This document shows, piece by piece, positions 41,266 through 52,059 of a DNA stretch of 64,000 nt. The DNA comes from Nemertoderma westbladi (Eukaryota > Animalia > Xenacoelomorpha). The stretch is taken from contig JAUCBJ010002853.1 of assembly GCA_032718475.1 (NCBI GenBank), positions 60,724-124,723 on the forward strand, written 5' to 3'. Positions within the stretch are counted from its first letter, which is position 1, and the number at the start of each line of letters is the position of its first letter. Position numbers and translations under genes: made by a program. The notes under the pieces are model-generated. The model saw nothing but the letters and a program-made list of their open reading frames with translations, had not been told where the DNA came from and did not search any database.

Positions 41266-43962
41266 TCAGTGCACTTCATCCCAATTGCTGCCCACTTTTA
41301 TATCTACCTCAATGGGGACTTCAAGCCCTTCAATTAAATTAGTTGTCATGTGTTTTTTAATGTCATCTGCAGCTGCCTGGGCTTGCGACTTAGGTAGCTC
41401 AAACACCAATTCATCGTGTACTTGCATTAAAAGCTTAATATCGGTTTGCCCCTTTAAGTAAGCACTAACATTTAACATGGCTTTTTTAATTAAATCAGCG
41501 GCCGAACCCTGCACCGGGGCGTTAATGGCCAAGCGCAAAGCATGTTGCCTGTCAGCATGTTTGGGGCTTTTTAAATTGGGCAGATAAATTCGCCTGCCTA
41601 ACAAGGTTTCAACATACCCCAGTTGCTGGGCTTTTTCTTTTTGGGCATCCATGTAATTTTTAACCTTTGGGTAACGGTTAAAGTATTTTTCAATGTAGGC
41701 TTCGGCTTGTTTTTGATCCACTTTAATTTGATGTGCCAAGCCAAAGGGGCTAATGCCATAAATTAAACCAAAGTTAATGGCCTTGGCTTGATAGCGCTGT
41801 TCGCTGTTGACTTTTTCAAGGGGGATGTCAAAAATTTCTGCCGCGGTTTGTTGGTGAATATCGCACTGGTTTTTAAAGGCGTTGATCAGTGCTTCATCAC
41901 CTGATAAATGCGCCATGATGCGTAGCTCAATTTGGGAATAATCTGCCCCCAACAAACAATGACCTGACGGTGCAATAAAGGATTGGCGAAGTTTTTTGCC
42001 CCACAGGCCCCGTACGGGGATGTTTTGTAGGTTAGGGTCGACCGATGATAAACGGCCTGTGATGGCAACGGTTTGGTGGTATGTGGTATGAATACGGCCT
42101 GTTAAGGGGTGAACAAAGTTTGGCAGTATATCAAGGTAGGTATTTTTAATTTTACTTACCGTTCGATGGGTAAGGAGTTTTTCAGCAATGGGGTGTTCAT
42201 TTTTGAGTTGTTGTAATACAAATTCATCTGTCGAAGGCTGACCCTTAGGGGTTTTTTTAATAATAGGCAATTGTAGTTTTTCAAATAACAATACTTTTAG
42301 TTGAGCGGAGGAATTTAAATTTAAGGTTTCGCCTGCTAATTCATAAATAGATTGGCTGATGGCCTCAATACTAGTGGCTGCTTCTTGCTGGTAGGCTTTT
42401 ATTTTTTCAATATTAATTTTGACCCCGTTGCTTTCTATCTCAGCCAATACATAAATCAGTGGTAATTCAAGGTTTTGATATAGTTGTTCAAGTGAAGGTT
42501 GTGTGGCTAGTTTTTCCTCAAAAAAATGGTTGAGTTGATAGGCTATATCGCTATCACTACCTGCATACGCGCAGGCTTTATCAAGGGTAACTTCGCTGAA
42601 GTTTTTTTTATCGCCTACCACCTGCTCATAAGACTCTAAATGTAGGTTTAAATAACGATTGGCCAATGCCTCTAGGCTGTTTCGGTTATAGCTTGAGTTA
42701 TATACATAAGCAGCCAGCAGGCTATCGCCTAAAATACCGCTTAGGTCAACCCCATGTTGTTTGAGGACTTGTAGGTCAAATTTTAAATTCTGGCCATATT
42801 TCCCAATTTTTTCTGATTCAAGAAATGGGGAAAGTTTTGAAATCGTTAACAATGGGTCAAGTTGGGCTTGATTGCTTTGATGTTGTAAGGGTAAGTAATA
42901 GCCATGATGTGCTTTAAAGCTGATGGCTATTCCCACAATGCTAGCGCTTAGGCAATCGAGTGAGTCGGTTTCTAAGTCAAATGAAAAGGCACCATGTTTT
43001 TGAATATCAACGATCAACTGGTCTAAATCGGCTTCATACTGAAGTAGCTGATAATCAGCTTTGGGGGTGGTTTGTTGTGTTAGTTTATTTAAAAAATGGC
43101 GTAAACCGTAGGTTTCATACAAGCTGCGCAAGGTATCTTTATTAAGGGGTTTTGTTTGGCACTGCGACCAATCGCAATCAATTCCATCCGTACAAAGGGT
43201 GGCCAGCTTTTTTGAAAGCCTTAACAGGGGGATGTTATCGCGTAGCTTTTCACCAATTTTACCCTTAATATCCGACGAATGCTCAATTAGGTTTTGGGCA
43301 CTTTGATAAATACCCAACCATTTAACGGCTGTTTTCTCCCCCACCCCAGGCACCCCTGGAATGTTGTCGGAACTGTCCCCTTTTAGTGCCAAGTAATCCA
43401 GTATTTGGTTGGGATAAACTCCATATTTTTCATACACCCCGTTTACATCTAGGGTGCGAAACTTCATGGGGTCAAACAAATAAATACGCTCACTTACCAA
43501 CTGGGCTAAGTCTTTATCACCGCTAACCACATATACTTTAAAACCTGCATTAGCAGCGCTAGTGGCTAAATGTGCGATCACATCATCAGCTTCAAATAAG
43601 TCAACAGAAAATACAGGGATGCCCATGTTTTCAATGATCTGCCTTGTGGGCACAAACTGTTTTTTTAAATCATCAGGTGTGGGCGGGCGATTGGCCTTGT
43701 ATTCTGGATAAATAGTGTGCCGAAAACTTTTCCCTGGGGGGTCAAAAATAACCGTCATATAATCGGTTGGAAAATGATCAACAAGTTTGTTGATCATATT
43801 AAGCGTACCAAGCATGACCTGTGTCGGAAAGCCCGCCTCGTTACTTAAAGGGGGCAACGCATGGTAAGCCCGGTACAAATAATGTGAGCCATCAATAATA
43901 ATAAAGGGATGTTTTTTCAAGGGTTTTTTAAGAAAATAAACATCATCAATTATAATGCACAA
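41266..43962 (-). CDS. polA: DNA polymerase I (start may be TTG near 43920)
   Basis: 5'-3' exonuclease GDSSDNIPGV, TGRLSS.DPNLQNIP, DYSQIELR, QVHDEL. Confidence 0.97.
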   Translation of the reverse strand: MCIIIDDVYFLKKPLKKHPFIIIDGSHYLYRAYHALPPLSNEAGFPTQVMLGTLNMINKLVDHFPTDYMTVIFDPPGKSFRHTIYPEYKANRPPTPDDLKKQFVPTRQIIENMGIPVFSVDLFEADDVIAHLATSAANAGFKVYVVSGDKDLAQLVSERIYLFDPMKFRTLDVNGVYEKYGVYPNQILDYLALKGDSSDNIPGVPGVGEKTAVKWLGIYQSAQNLIEHSSDIKGKIGEKLRDNIPLLRLSKKLATLCTDGIDCDWSQCQTKPLNKDTLRSLYETYGLRHFLNKLTQQTTPKADYQLLQYEADLDQLIVDIQKHGAFSFDLETDSLDCLSASIVGIAISFKAHHGYYLPLQHQSNQAQLDPLLTISKLSPFLESEKIGKYGQNLKFDLQVLKQHGVDLSGILGDSLLAAYVYNSSYNRNSLEALANRYLNLHLESYEQVVGDKKNFSEVTLDKACAYAGSDSDIAYQLNHFFEEKLATQPSLEQLYQNLELPLIYVLAEIESNGVKINIEKIKAYQQEAATSIEAISQSIYELAGETLNLNSSAQLKVLLFEKLQLPIIKKTPKGQPSTDEFVLQQLKNEHPIAEKLLTHRTVSKIKNTYLDILPNFVHPLTGRIHTTYHQTVAITGRLSSVDPNLQNIPVRGLWGKKLRQSFIAPSGHCLLGADYSQIELRIMAHLSGDEALINAFKNQCDIHQQTAAEIFDIPLEKVNSEQRYQAKAINFGLIYGISPFGLAHQIKVDQKQAEAYIEKYFNRYPKVKNYMDAQKEKAQQLGYVETLLGRRIYLPNLKSPKHADRQHALRLAINAPVQGSAADLIKKAMLNVSAYLKGQTDIKLLMQVHDELVFELPKSQAQAAADDIKKHMTTNLIEGLEVPIEVDIKVGSNWDEVH

Positions 43963-44197
43963 TACGCCAAATACTTATTTAGACTCAGCATTTAGTCTAT
44001 CTTGCAAAAAAATAATGGCCCCTAAGTTAGGGTAATACGTATTTTTCATATCGCATTATTAACAGTTATGTTAAGATCAGCTTTAAAACTAGTTAAATGA
44101 ACTATAAATCACCCAAATTCGTTGATGACTTGTTTTAAAAATTTATATGAATGAACAGCTAGCTAATTTGGGTGAGCTGGCGATAAGGAGACGGCTA

Positions 44198-44401
44198 ATG
44201 GCAGAAGGTAAAGTAAAGTGGTTTAATGGTGACAAAGGCTATGGTTTCATTGAACCCACTGATGGCGGAAAGGATGTTTTTGTACACATCAGTGCCGTAA
44301 AAAACGCAGGCTTAAATGATTTACAAGAAGATCAAAAAGTCAGTTACGAAATAGAAGATAATCGTGGTAAGCAATCTGCAATTAATTTACAAATTGCTTA
44401 A
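44198..44401 (+). CDS. Cold-shock protein
   Basis: GKVKWFN..KGYGFI, VFVHIS; AAGGAG SD upstream. Confidence 0.95.
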   Translation: MAEGKVKWFNGDKGYGFIEPTDGGKDVFVHISAVKNAGLNDLQEDQKVSYEIEDNRGKQSAINLQIA

Positions 44402-44414
44402 ATAAATTCTACCT

Positions 44415-44460
44415 ACATCAACAAATGGATTGCAATTATCCATTTGTTGATGTTGTTTTT
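44415..44460 (+). terminator. Rho-independent terminator after csp
   Basis: acatcaacaaatggat / atccatttgttgatgt stem followed by a T-run. Confidence 0.8.
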
Positions 44461-44529
44461 ACAGAAATCTAGCTTATTCAAGCCGTATTTTTGTTTATTA
44501 AGGCTTTTTAGACAGACCCCTTTATTCAA

Positions 44530-45465
44530 ATGGCTGTATTTACAAAAATTCAACCTGCGCAAATGCTTGATTTTTTATCCCGTTATGAGGTTGGTTCATT
44601 AATAAATTATCAGGGCATAGAAAATGGGGTTGAAAATTCCAATTATTTTGTTGACACAACCGCTGGGCAATTTATATTAACCATTTTTGAGAACATCTCC
44701 CTAAATACCTTAGACTTTTTTGTTCACTTAATGTCTGTATGTTCTAAAAAAAATATTCCAACACCCAAACCCATTGCAGATAAAAACAATTGCCTTACTC
44801 AAACACTAAAAAATAAACCAGCTATTCTAGTTAACAAAATTGTAGGTCAACATATCAGCAGCCCCAGCAAAACCCATTTAACAAACATTGGTAAGGCTAT
44901 CGCCCACATGCACCAACAACTTCAACACCACACCCCTAAACCTGCCAACACACGCAGCTTAGCGTGGATGCACCAAACCTACCAACGGCTTCAAGTCACC
45001 TTAACAAAGGCAAGTCAATTGCTCATTCAACAAGAGCTTACCTTCCAACAAAACATGCCTGATATTAGTCTACCTAAAAGCATTATTCATGCTGACCTTT
45101 TCCGAGATAATGTGTTATTCAAACAAGAAAAAATTGCAGGTATTATTGACCTATATTTTGCCTGTTACGACAACATGTTGCTTGATATCGCCATTATTTG
45201 TAACGACTGGTGTTTTGAAGAAGATGGGCAATTTAACCACACAAAATACCATGCCTTTTTAACCCACTACCAAAGTAGGCGACCCCTTCAAAGCCTTGAA
45301 AAAAAATATTTCTCATGGTTTTTACGCTTGGCTGCCCTTCGCTTTTACCTATCCAGATTACTTGATAAAACCCAACAAACCCAGCGACACCAAGGCATGC
45401 TAAAAGACCCTGTCGAATATGAGCACAAACTTCACTTTCACCAACAACACATTCAGGAGCTTTAA
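44530..45465 (+). CDS. thrB: Homoserine kinase type II
   Basis: [36 protein letters not shown]. Confidence 0.92.
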   Translation: MAVFTKIQPAQMLDFLSRYEVGSLINYQGIENGVENSNYFVDTTAGQFILTIFENISLNTLDFFVHLMSVCSKKNIPTPKPIADKNNCLTQTLKNKPAILVNKIVGQHISSPSKTHLTNIGKAIAHMHQQLQHHTPKPANTRSLAWMHQTYQRLQVTLTKASQLLIQQELTFQQNMPDISLPKSIIHADLFRDNVLFKQEKIAGIIDLYFACYDNMLLDIAIICNDWCFEEDGQFNHTKYHAFLTHYQSRRPLQSLEKKYFSWFLRLAALRFYLSRLLDKTQQTQRHQGMLKDPVEYEHKLHFHQQHIQEL

Positions 45466-45469
45466 ATCA

Positions 45470-46021
45470 ATGAATGCCATGCATGCCACCACCATTTTAC
45501 TGGTACGCCGAAATAATCAAGTGGTCATTGCAAGTGACGGGCAAATCACTTTGGGAAGTAGTGTGATGAAAAACAATGCCGAAAAAACCCGATGGCTTCA
45601 TAACAACACTGTACTTGCTGGGTTTGCGGGTTCCACAGCAGATGCCTTAACCTTGTTTGAGCATTTCGAGTTACAACTTAAAAAACACCCAGGCAATATC
45701 ACACGCGCTGCTGTTGAACTTACCAAAGCATGGCGAACCGAGAAACGCTACATGCAATTAGAGGCCATGCTGATTGTCAGCGACATTAACACCACCTTGA
45801 TACTGTCTGGCAATGGTGATGTCATCGAACCTGAACACCCCATTGTGGCCATTGGCTCGGGGGGGAATTTTGCACAAGCAGCGGCGGTTAGCTTGTATGA
45901 AAACACCAAACTCTCAGCCAAGTCAATTGTTGAAAAATCAATGAAAATTGCCGCTGACATTTGTATTTATACCAACCATCAAATCAGTTGTAAAACACTG
46001 GAAAAGCAAAAAAATGTTTAG
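45470..46021 (+). CDS. hslV: HslV protease subunit
   Basis: [27 protein letters not shown]. Confidence 0.95.
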   Translation: MNAMHATTILLVRRNNQVVIASDGQITLGSSVMKNNAEKTRWLHNNTVLAGFAGSTADALTLFEHFELQLKKHPGNITRAAVELTKAWRTEKRYMQLEAMLIVSDINTTLILSGNGDVIEPEHPIVAIGSGGNFAQAAAVSLYENTKLSAKSIVEKSMKIAADICIYTNHQISCKTLEKQKNV

Positions 46022-46379
46022 CATCATCCGTCGTATTCAAAAAATACAACACAACAAAAAAATTTATCTCGCTATTAAAATCATTGAAATCATATTGGCT
46101 GTTTTTTTGATCTTTAACTACTTTACTCAATCTGAATACACCCACTCAACCATTGCTTTTGCCTTGGGGTGGTTGTTGATTACCAACATGAGCTTTTTTT
46201 ATGGCACTTGGCTAGAGGAGGTCGAACAATTTAATGAAGACATGCTAGAAGCCAAAATTGAACAATATGCCCACCAAACCAACCAAGCCTTTGAAAATGC
46301 CTTTAAAGAAATTGATACCTTCAAACAAAAAATACAGCACCTAGAACAGCTTCAAAAAGACAGCCGTATATCGAAATAG
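46014..46379 (+). CDS. Hypothetical two-TM protein with coiled-coil tail
   Basis: ORF overlapping the hslV stop; two hydrophobic segments. Confidence 0.6.
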   Translation: MFSIIRRIQKIQHNKKIYLAIKIIEIILAVFLIFNYFTQSEYTHSTIAFALGWLLITNMSFFYGTWLEEVEQFNEDMLEAKIEQYAHQTNQAFENAFKEIDTFKQKIQHLEQLQKDSRISK

Positions 46380-46393
46380 TTGGGTTAACTTCT

Positions 46394-47749
46394 ATGAAAA
46401 AATCGGCGCTTATCCAAAAATACAACATCCCTGTTCCACGCTACACCAGCTACCCCACCATCCCCATGTGGAACAAAGAAAAAATAACCCAAAAACGGTG
46501 GCAACACAGCGTTCAAAAAGCCTTTAATGATTCTAATCAAACCAAAGGGATCAGCCTTTACATTCACCTACCTTATTGCGAAAAACTGTGCTTATTTTGT
46601 GCTTGTAACAAAAAAATCACCAAAGACCACGACGTTGAAACCCCCTACATTGATGCAGTAATTAGTGAGTGGGGCATTTATCGAAAACTTTTTGACCAAC
46701 CCCCCATCATTAAAGAAATACACCTAGGCGGCGGTACCCCCACCTTTTTTAGCTCCCCAAACCTTACAAAACTGATTCAAACCATTCAACAAACAAGCAA
46801 ACCCCATGTACAATCTGACTTCAGCTTTGAAGCCCACCCCAACAACACCACAGATGATCACCTAAACACCTTATATCAATTTGGGTTTAAACGCATCAGC
46901 TTTGGCATACAAGACTTCGACCCAGCTGTTCAGCAAGCGGTGGGGCGTATTCAGTCTTTTGATACCGTCGAACGCATCACCAAGATGGCTAGAAAAATTG
47001 GCTATCAATCAATCAACTACGACCTCATCTACGGCCTACCCAAACAAAACATAAAAAGTATTGAACAAACCACCCAGTACATTGCAAACCTTTTACCTGA
47101 TCGCATTGCGCTGTATTCATTTGCTTATGTTCCTTGGGCAGCCAAGGGTCAACAATTACTTGTTGAAGCCGAGCTACCCAACAATATGGATAAACAAACC
47201 TTACATGAAATTAGCAAAGAAAAACTACTCGCCTTGGGGTATGTTGATATTGGGATGGATCATTTCGCCCTTAAAACTGACCCACTTTATCTGGCTGATC
47301 AAGCCAAAAAACTACACCGAAACTTCATGGGTTATAACACGTGGAACACCGACCTTTTAATTGGGTTGGGGGCATCAGCCATTAGCGATGCCAAATACGG
47401 CTATGCCCAAAATAACAAATCCATTGAACAATATATTCAATCCGCCAAAAAAAACCAACTTGATCTAGCACGAACACATACAATGAGCACCCAAGATCAA
47501 ACCATCAAACAAGCCATCCTCAATATTTTATGCCAAAAAACAGTACACTTAACCGACTCAATTAAACAATACTTAAGTGATAAACACTGGCAAACACTGC
47601 AGGATATGCAAGCCGAACAGCTTATCACCCTTGAAAAAAACACCCTATCGGTCACCCCCATTGGCATGCCATTTATTCGTAACATTTGTGCTGTGTTTGA
47701 CCAATACCTCCCCCAACAAACTGATCAGCTATTTAGCAAGTCAATTTAA
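46394..47749 (+). CDS. hemN: Oxygen-independent coproporphyrinogen III oxidase
   Basis: PRYTSYPT, CEKLCLFC radical-SAM motif, GGGTPT, HRNFMGY. Confidence 0.95.
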   Translation: MKKSALIQKYNIPVPRYTSYPTIPMWNKEKITQKRWQHSVQKAFNDSNQTKGISLYIHLPYCEKLCLFCACNKKITKDHDVETPYIDAVISEWGIYRKLFDQPPIIKEIHLGGGTPTFFSSPNLTKLIQTIQQTSKPHVQSDFSFEAHPNNTTDDHLNTLYQFGFKRISFGIQDFDPAVQQAVGRIQSFDTVERITKMARKIGYQSINYDLIYGLPKQNIKSIEQTTQYIANLLPDRIALYSFAYVPWAAKGQQLLVEAELPNNMDKQTLHEISKEKLLALGYVDIGMDHFALKTDPLYLADQAKKLHRNFMGYNTWNTDLLIGLGASAISDAKYGYAQNNKSIEQYIQSAKKNQLDLARTHTMSTQDQTIKQAILNILCQKTVHLTDSIKQYLSDKHWQTLQDMQAEQLITLEKNTLSVTPIGMPFIRNICAVFDQYLPQQTDQLFSKSI

Positions 47750-47888
47750 AAATACTGAATTAGCCAAGCTAACCGTCAATTATTATCCTCAGTACCATCA
47801 GGACAGCATTTTAATGCTGACCAAAATAATAAAACAAACAACCCCCAAACCGACACAAGCAGAATAAATTAAGATAGTTAGAAAACAA

Positions 47889-48863
47889 TTACAAATTATC
47901 TAATGGACTTTGAACACCCTGCCCACCTTGTTTTAACACATGCGTATAAATCATGGTTGTCTCCACGTGCTTATGCCCCAATAAATCTTGAATGGTGCGA
48001 ATATCATACCCTTGCTCCAACAAATGTGTCGCAAAAGAATGACGTAAAGTGTGTGGTGTCACTTTCTTATTAATTCAAGCATCACGGGTTGCCTGGCGAA
48101 TAGCGCGCTGAATAGATTGCTCATAAATATGATGACGGCGTATAACACCGGTTCTCGGATCTTGAGACAGCCCTCTGGCCGCAAACACATACTGCCAAAT
48201 CCACTCTTTATCCGCATGTGGGTATTTTTTTGATAATGCATGTGGTAAAAATACACCGCCCACCCCTTCGGTCACATCGTGTTCATACACGCGTCTACGT
48301 TCGAGCAACACGGCATGTAAAGGCTCTATCAACCGATCGGGCAACATAACAACACGATCCTGACTGCCCTTAACGTCACGAATAATAATGGCCTTATAAG
48401 CAAAATCCACATCTTTCACCCGTAACCGAACCAACTCCATCAAACGCATTCCCGCACCATAAAATAACTGAGCAATGATCACATATTGCCCCTTCAAACA
48501 AGCCATTAAATGACTCACCTCTGCCCGAGACAATACCACCGGTAAGTTTTTTTCGGCGCTGCTCTAACAACGTTATCAACCCAAGGAGGCTCAATGTCTA
48601 ACACCTGCTTATACATAAAAATCAACGCACTTAACGCCTGATTTTGAGTAGATGACGAAACACAACGCTGCAACAGCAAGATGGATCAAAAAGGCCTCCA
48701 TCTGTGCCTTGCCAAACTCTGATGGGTGACGCTTGCCATGAAATACAATGTATTGTTGAATCCAGCTCATATAAACGGATTCAGTTCGAAGAGAATAGCC
48801 TAATCGTTGCAGCCTATCAGAAACCAATTGGAGAAAGGGTGATTTTATTTTCTTTGCATGCAT
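47889..48863 (-). pseudogene. intI: Integron integrase IntI (two frameshifts, one nonsense)
   Basis: HGKRHP, STQNQAL, LPVVLS, YGAGMR, integron-specific patch WQYVF..DPRTGVIRRHH, TGA at 48075-77, then [28 protein letters not shown]. Confidence 0.93.
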
Positions 48864-49016
48864 AAAATTAGGATGTATAAAATAAGTGCCATAGTAATAT
48901 TTTCTAGCATTAGAAGCATATAAAATATATTATCGCGTCCTAATATAAAAAATAAATATCATTTGTTATAGATTTATTTTGATGTTACTCATAGTACAAT
49001 AGGATGTCTATTAATA

Positions 49017-49023
49017 GTTATAA
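49017..49023 (+). other. Probable attI core site GTTATAA
   Basis: GTTATAATT (49017-25) is the reverse complement of AATTATAAC that opens the first attC. Confidence 0.75.
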
Positions 49024-49046
49024 TTCTCAACAATAAGAATCAATTT

Positions 49047-49839
49047 ATGACTAATATTTGGATTTTTTCAAACAATCGAATTGGTTATTATGAAGATTCA
49101 GATCGGGATACATCCTCAATTTTAAAAACAGAGAAGTACTATTTTAAAGAATCAGAACCCAATAGGAGTAAGGTAGAAAAAAGGAGATACGATTCTTTTT
49201 AGGGAGTATGGTGTTGGCTTTTGGGGGAGTTGTTTAATTTCCGATGTCTGGATTAAGGACCCCGATGGGGTCAATAAATATGAAAAAGAAACAGGTTGGT
49301 TTCCAATCGAAAAAATTGTTAAATGGAAAGTTGCATTACCATATGAAGTTATACGACCAGAGCTGTCTAATCAAAATGTTCGTCTAAGAATTGCGAAGGC
49401 CAATACGGACGACAAAAATAAAATCGAATTTGCATTAAAAATTTATACTAATCTAGGTTATGGAGAATCTGATGGTAGTTTCTTTGTTCTTGAGTCAGGA
49501 CTTGAAGAAGCTGTGAAATCTAACTTAGATCAATTAAAACTAAAGCTAGCTGAAGAGGAGATTCAGCAACAGTGCAACCTTGGAATAGGAGTTGGAAGAA
49601 CCGATTTAATTTGTCGTGATGCTGATAATAATTTCGTGGTGTTAGAATTAAAAGCAACCCAAACATCTGATTATGTTGTAGGCCAGATACTTAGGTATAT
49701 GGGCTACATTAGAGAGAATTGGGCAAATACGGAAGGCGTAAAAGTTAAGGGAATTATCATAACTCCATCGTATGATGAACAGTTACGATTGGCAGCAAAA
49801 GAAGCTAAGATTAAAATTTTAAGAATTCGAATTACATGA
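49047..49839 (+). pseudogene. Cassette: EVE/PUA-like N-terminal domain + NucS-like PD-(D/E)xK endonuclease, frameshifted in an A-run near 49180
   Basis: ..KVEK/GDTILFREYGVGFWGSC..; GRTDLICRD..FVVLELKA..VVGQILRYMG. Confidence 0.7.
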
Positions 49840-49846
49840 AAACAAA

Positions 49847-49927
49847 TTATAACAAGTCGTTGCAACGGATTTTTTCCCTGCGTTCGTTCCTCACTACGGT
49901 AAAAACCCGTTGAACTCTGCGTTAGCT
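49847..49927 (+). repeat. attC site 1
   Basis: TTATAAC...caacggatttt / aaaacccgttg...GTTAGCT. Confidence 0.88.
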
Positions 49928-49952
49928 ATTTAAATTTGTTCCGGTATTTTTA

Positions 49953-49981
49953 TTTACATTGTTGCTGTGTTTATATACAGT
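49953..49981 (+). promoter_or_regulatory. Cassette-borne sigma70 promoter overlapped by a LexA box
   Basis: TTTACA(49953)-17 nt-TACAGT(49976); CTGTGTTTATATACAG at 49965-80 fits CTGT-N8-ACAG. Confidence 0.7.
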
Positions 49982-50027
49982 TCGTTCAGTTATTGTGAAT
50001 TTAAATAAATCTAACGGAGAATACATT

Positions 50028-50402
50028 ATGATAAAAATTTCAGTGAGTATTGATGCCTCAAACTTGAAGGAAGCAGAGACTTTTTATGTTGAGGCACTTG
50101 GTTGCAAAAAAGTTCGAGACCAAGGTAGTAATATGGTTATTCTTTCTGTAGAAAACTCAGATATATATCTGCAAGAAAAAGAAACTGGAACAAAACCTCT
50201 CGAATCAAGTGATGTTGGCCGTGATTATGAGCGTCACTGGACACCTATCCATTTAGATTTTCTCTGTGAAAATGTTGATGACGTTGTATCAAAGATACTG
50301 AAGTTTGGAGGAACACATGAAGGAGGAGAAAGCGCTGATTGGGGAGCTATTGCCCATTGTGCAGATCCTTTTGGTAACGGGTTTTGTGTGATCAATGAAT
50401 AA
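50028..50402 (+). CDS. Cassette: VOC/glyoxalase-bleomycin resistance family protein
   Basis: FYVEALG, HLDF, ADPFGNGFC; GGAG SD upstream. Confidence 0.88.
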   Translation: MIKISVSIDASNLKEAETFYVEALGCKKVRDQGSNMVILSVENSDIYLQEKETGTKPLESSDVGRDYERHWTPIHLDFLCENVDDVVSKILKFGGTHEGGESADWGAIAHCADPFGNGFCVINE

Positions 50403-50431
50403 GTAATCTGGTTGAATTTAGGACTGTAAAT

Positions 50432-50460
50432 AGCTAACAAGGCGTTCAAACGGACAAATA
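50432..50460 (+). repeat. attC site 2, left half only
   Basis: AAATAGCTAAC complements cassette start GTTAGCTATTT; TAACAAGGCGTTCAAACGGAC runs straight into coding sequence. Confidence 0.75.
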
Positions 50461-50995
50461 ATAGGTATTAGTGGAAGTATAAGGGGAAAATCGTTAAATA
50501 CGTTTTTGTTAAAAGCGGCTGCTGATTTAGCACCTGATGGAATCAAGTTTGAGATGGTGAAGATAAATTCTATAGCATTCTATAATGAAGATACGGATAA
50601 TGAAAATAGACCAATCCCAATATCGGAATACTTGAATAAAATAAATGGAGCAGATGTTATTCTGTTTGCATCACCAGAATATAATCATGGCATGTCCGGC
50701 GTTTTAAAGAATGCTATTGATTGGGCTTCACGACCCGCATTTCAATCTCCACTACTTAATAAATCTTGTGGAATTTTAACTGCATCGAAAAGCCCCGTTG
50801 GTGGTGCACGAGCACAGGCGGATTTAAAAAAACGTCTTATCCAGCACCTTAAGCATTATTTACCCTGCTAATGAATATTTACTACCAAATGCTCATGAAA
50901 AATTTGATGAGAAAGGAAAGCTTGCGACACGTCGCTTAAAATGGTACGTTGAAGGATTAGTTTCCTGGGCAAACAATCACAATACACTAAATTAG
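50455..50995 (+). pseudogene. Cassette: NADPH-dependent FMN reductase, start lost and frameshifted
   Basis: IIGISGSIRGKSLN, SPEYNHGMSGVLKNAIDWASRP; frameshift in A-run near 50826. Confidence 0.85.
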
Positions 50996-51003
50996 GACTT
51001 ACT

Positions 51004-51711
51004 ATGAGAATTAACATTCATAAATCTGATTCTCGAGGTGAGGCAAATCATGGCTGGCTTAAAAGCCGACATACCTACAGTTTTTCGAATTATCATGACC
51101 CAAATCGGATGGGGTTCGGAAAGCTTCATGTAATAAATGATGATATCGTTGACCCATCCATGGGGTTTGGAACTCACCCACATGATAATATGGAAATTAT
51201 TTCTATCCCATTGCGTGGTTCCTTGCGTCACGAGGATAGTATGGGGAATCAACATATTATTGAAGCAGGTGAAGTTCAAATTATGTCTGCTGGTACCGGG
51301 ATCACACATTCTGAGTACAATAACTCAGACGTAGACCCGGTTAATTTTTTGCAAATATGGATACTTCCCAAGCAAAGAGATATTAAACCTCGTTACGAGC
51401 AAAATCGTTTCGATTCAGCGAAACGACGAAACCAATTTCAAATAATTGTTTCTCCAGATGGAGAAGAAGGATCGGTTTCCATCAACCAGGATGTCTATTT
51501 TTCACTTATCGATTTTGACAAAGATCATAATATTACTTATGAACTACATAATAGTAATAACGGCGTTTACTTTTTTATGATATCGGGTTCTGTATCGTTC
51601 GGTGAACATTGTCTTGAGGGGCGTGATGGTGCAGAGGTCTCAAATATCTCAAATGTCGATTTGCTTGCTTCTACAGATGCCCAGCTACTGTGTATAGAAA
51701 CGCCAATATAG
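51004..51711 (+). CDS. Cassette: pirin family protein
   Basis: HGWLKSRHTYSF, GFGTHPHDNMEI, MSAGTGITHSE, LQIWI. Confidence 0.93.
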   Translation: MRINIHKSDSRGEANHGWLKSRHTYSFSNYHDPNRMGFGKLHVINDDIVDPSMGFGTHPHDNMEIISIPLRGSLRHEDSMGNQHIIEAGEVQIMSAGTGITHSEYNNSDVDPVNFLQIWILPKQRDIKPRYEQNRFDSAKRRNQFQIIVSPDGEEGSVSINQDVYFSLIDFDKDHNITYELHNSNNGVYFFMISGSVSFGEHCLEGRDGAEVSNISNVDLLASTDAQLLCIETPI

Positions 51712-51721
51712 TTTTCAATAT

Positions 51722-51782
51722 ACATAACAATAACATCCAGCGGACAGTCAAAAATGGCGTCCGCTCAAGCAAACCATTATGT
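51722..51782 (+). repeat. attC site 3 (degenerate)
   Basis: ACATAAC, agcggac/gtccgct stem, right core ATTATGT in place of GTTATGT. Confidence 0.65.
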
Positions 51783-51797
51783 GTATTAACTAAGACT

Positions 51798-52029
51798 ATG
51801 GAAATATCAGGTGAAACCAAGAGCTACGAGAAAAAATAATAGAAATTTTTGATAAGAAGATAGCTTCTAAAGATGAATCAGTTGGCTTATCGTTTATGCT
51901 TTCTTTGCAAACAAAAATGATGATCCTGACCTTCTCATGGGAGCTGCCACTTGGTGGATTAAAATTCATGAATTAGACCATTTTGAAAAGGCAGTTAAAA
52001 TTAAAGGCATGGTTCAGTCTGGTGTTTAG
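51798..52029 (+). pseudogene. Small hypothetical cassette gene remnant (resembles DUF6500 by recall)
   Basis: QELREKIIEIFDKKIA..VGLSF/YAFFANKNDDPDLLMGAATWWIKIHELDHFEKAVKIK; frameshifted. Confidence 0.5.
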
Positions 52030-52059
52030 TGGTATTAGCCAAAAGCCACATTACGCATG

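Noticed and set aside
44048-44076. dif-like sequence (cgcatta...ttatgttaaga)
   Set aside because: Needs a 7-bp spacer and has mismatches in both arms; lies in the csp promoter region
48872-48888. LexA box at the intI promoter (atgtataaaataagtg)
   Set aside because: Right position, but both CTG and CAG ends are missing; cannot be supported
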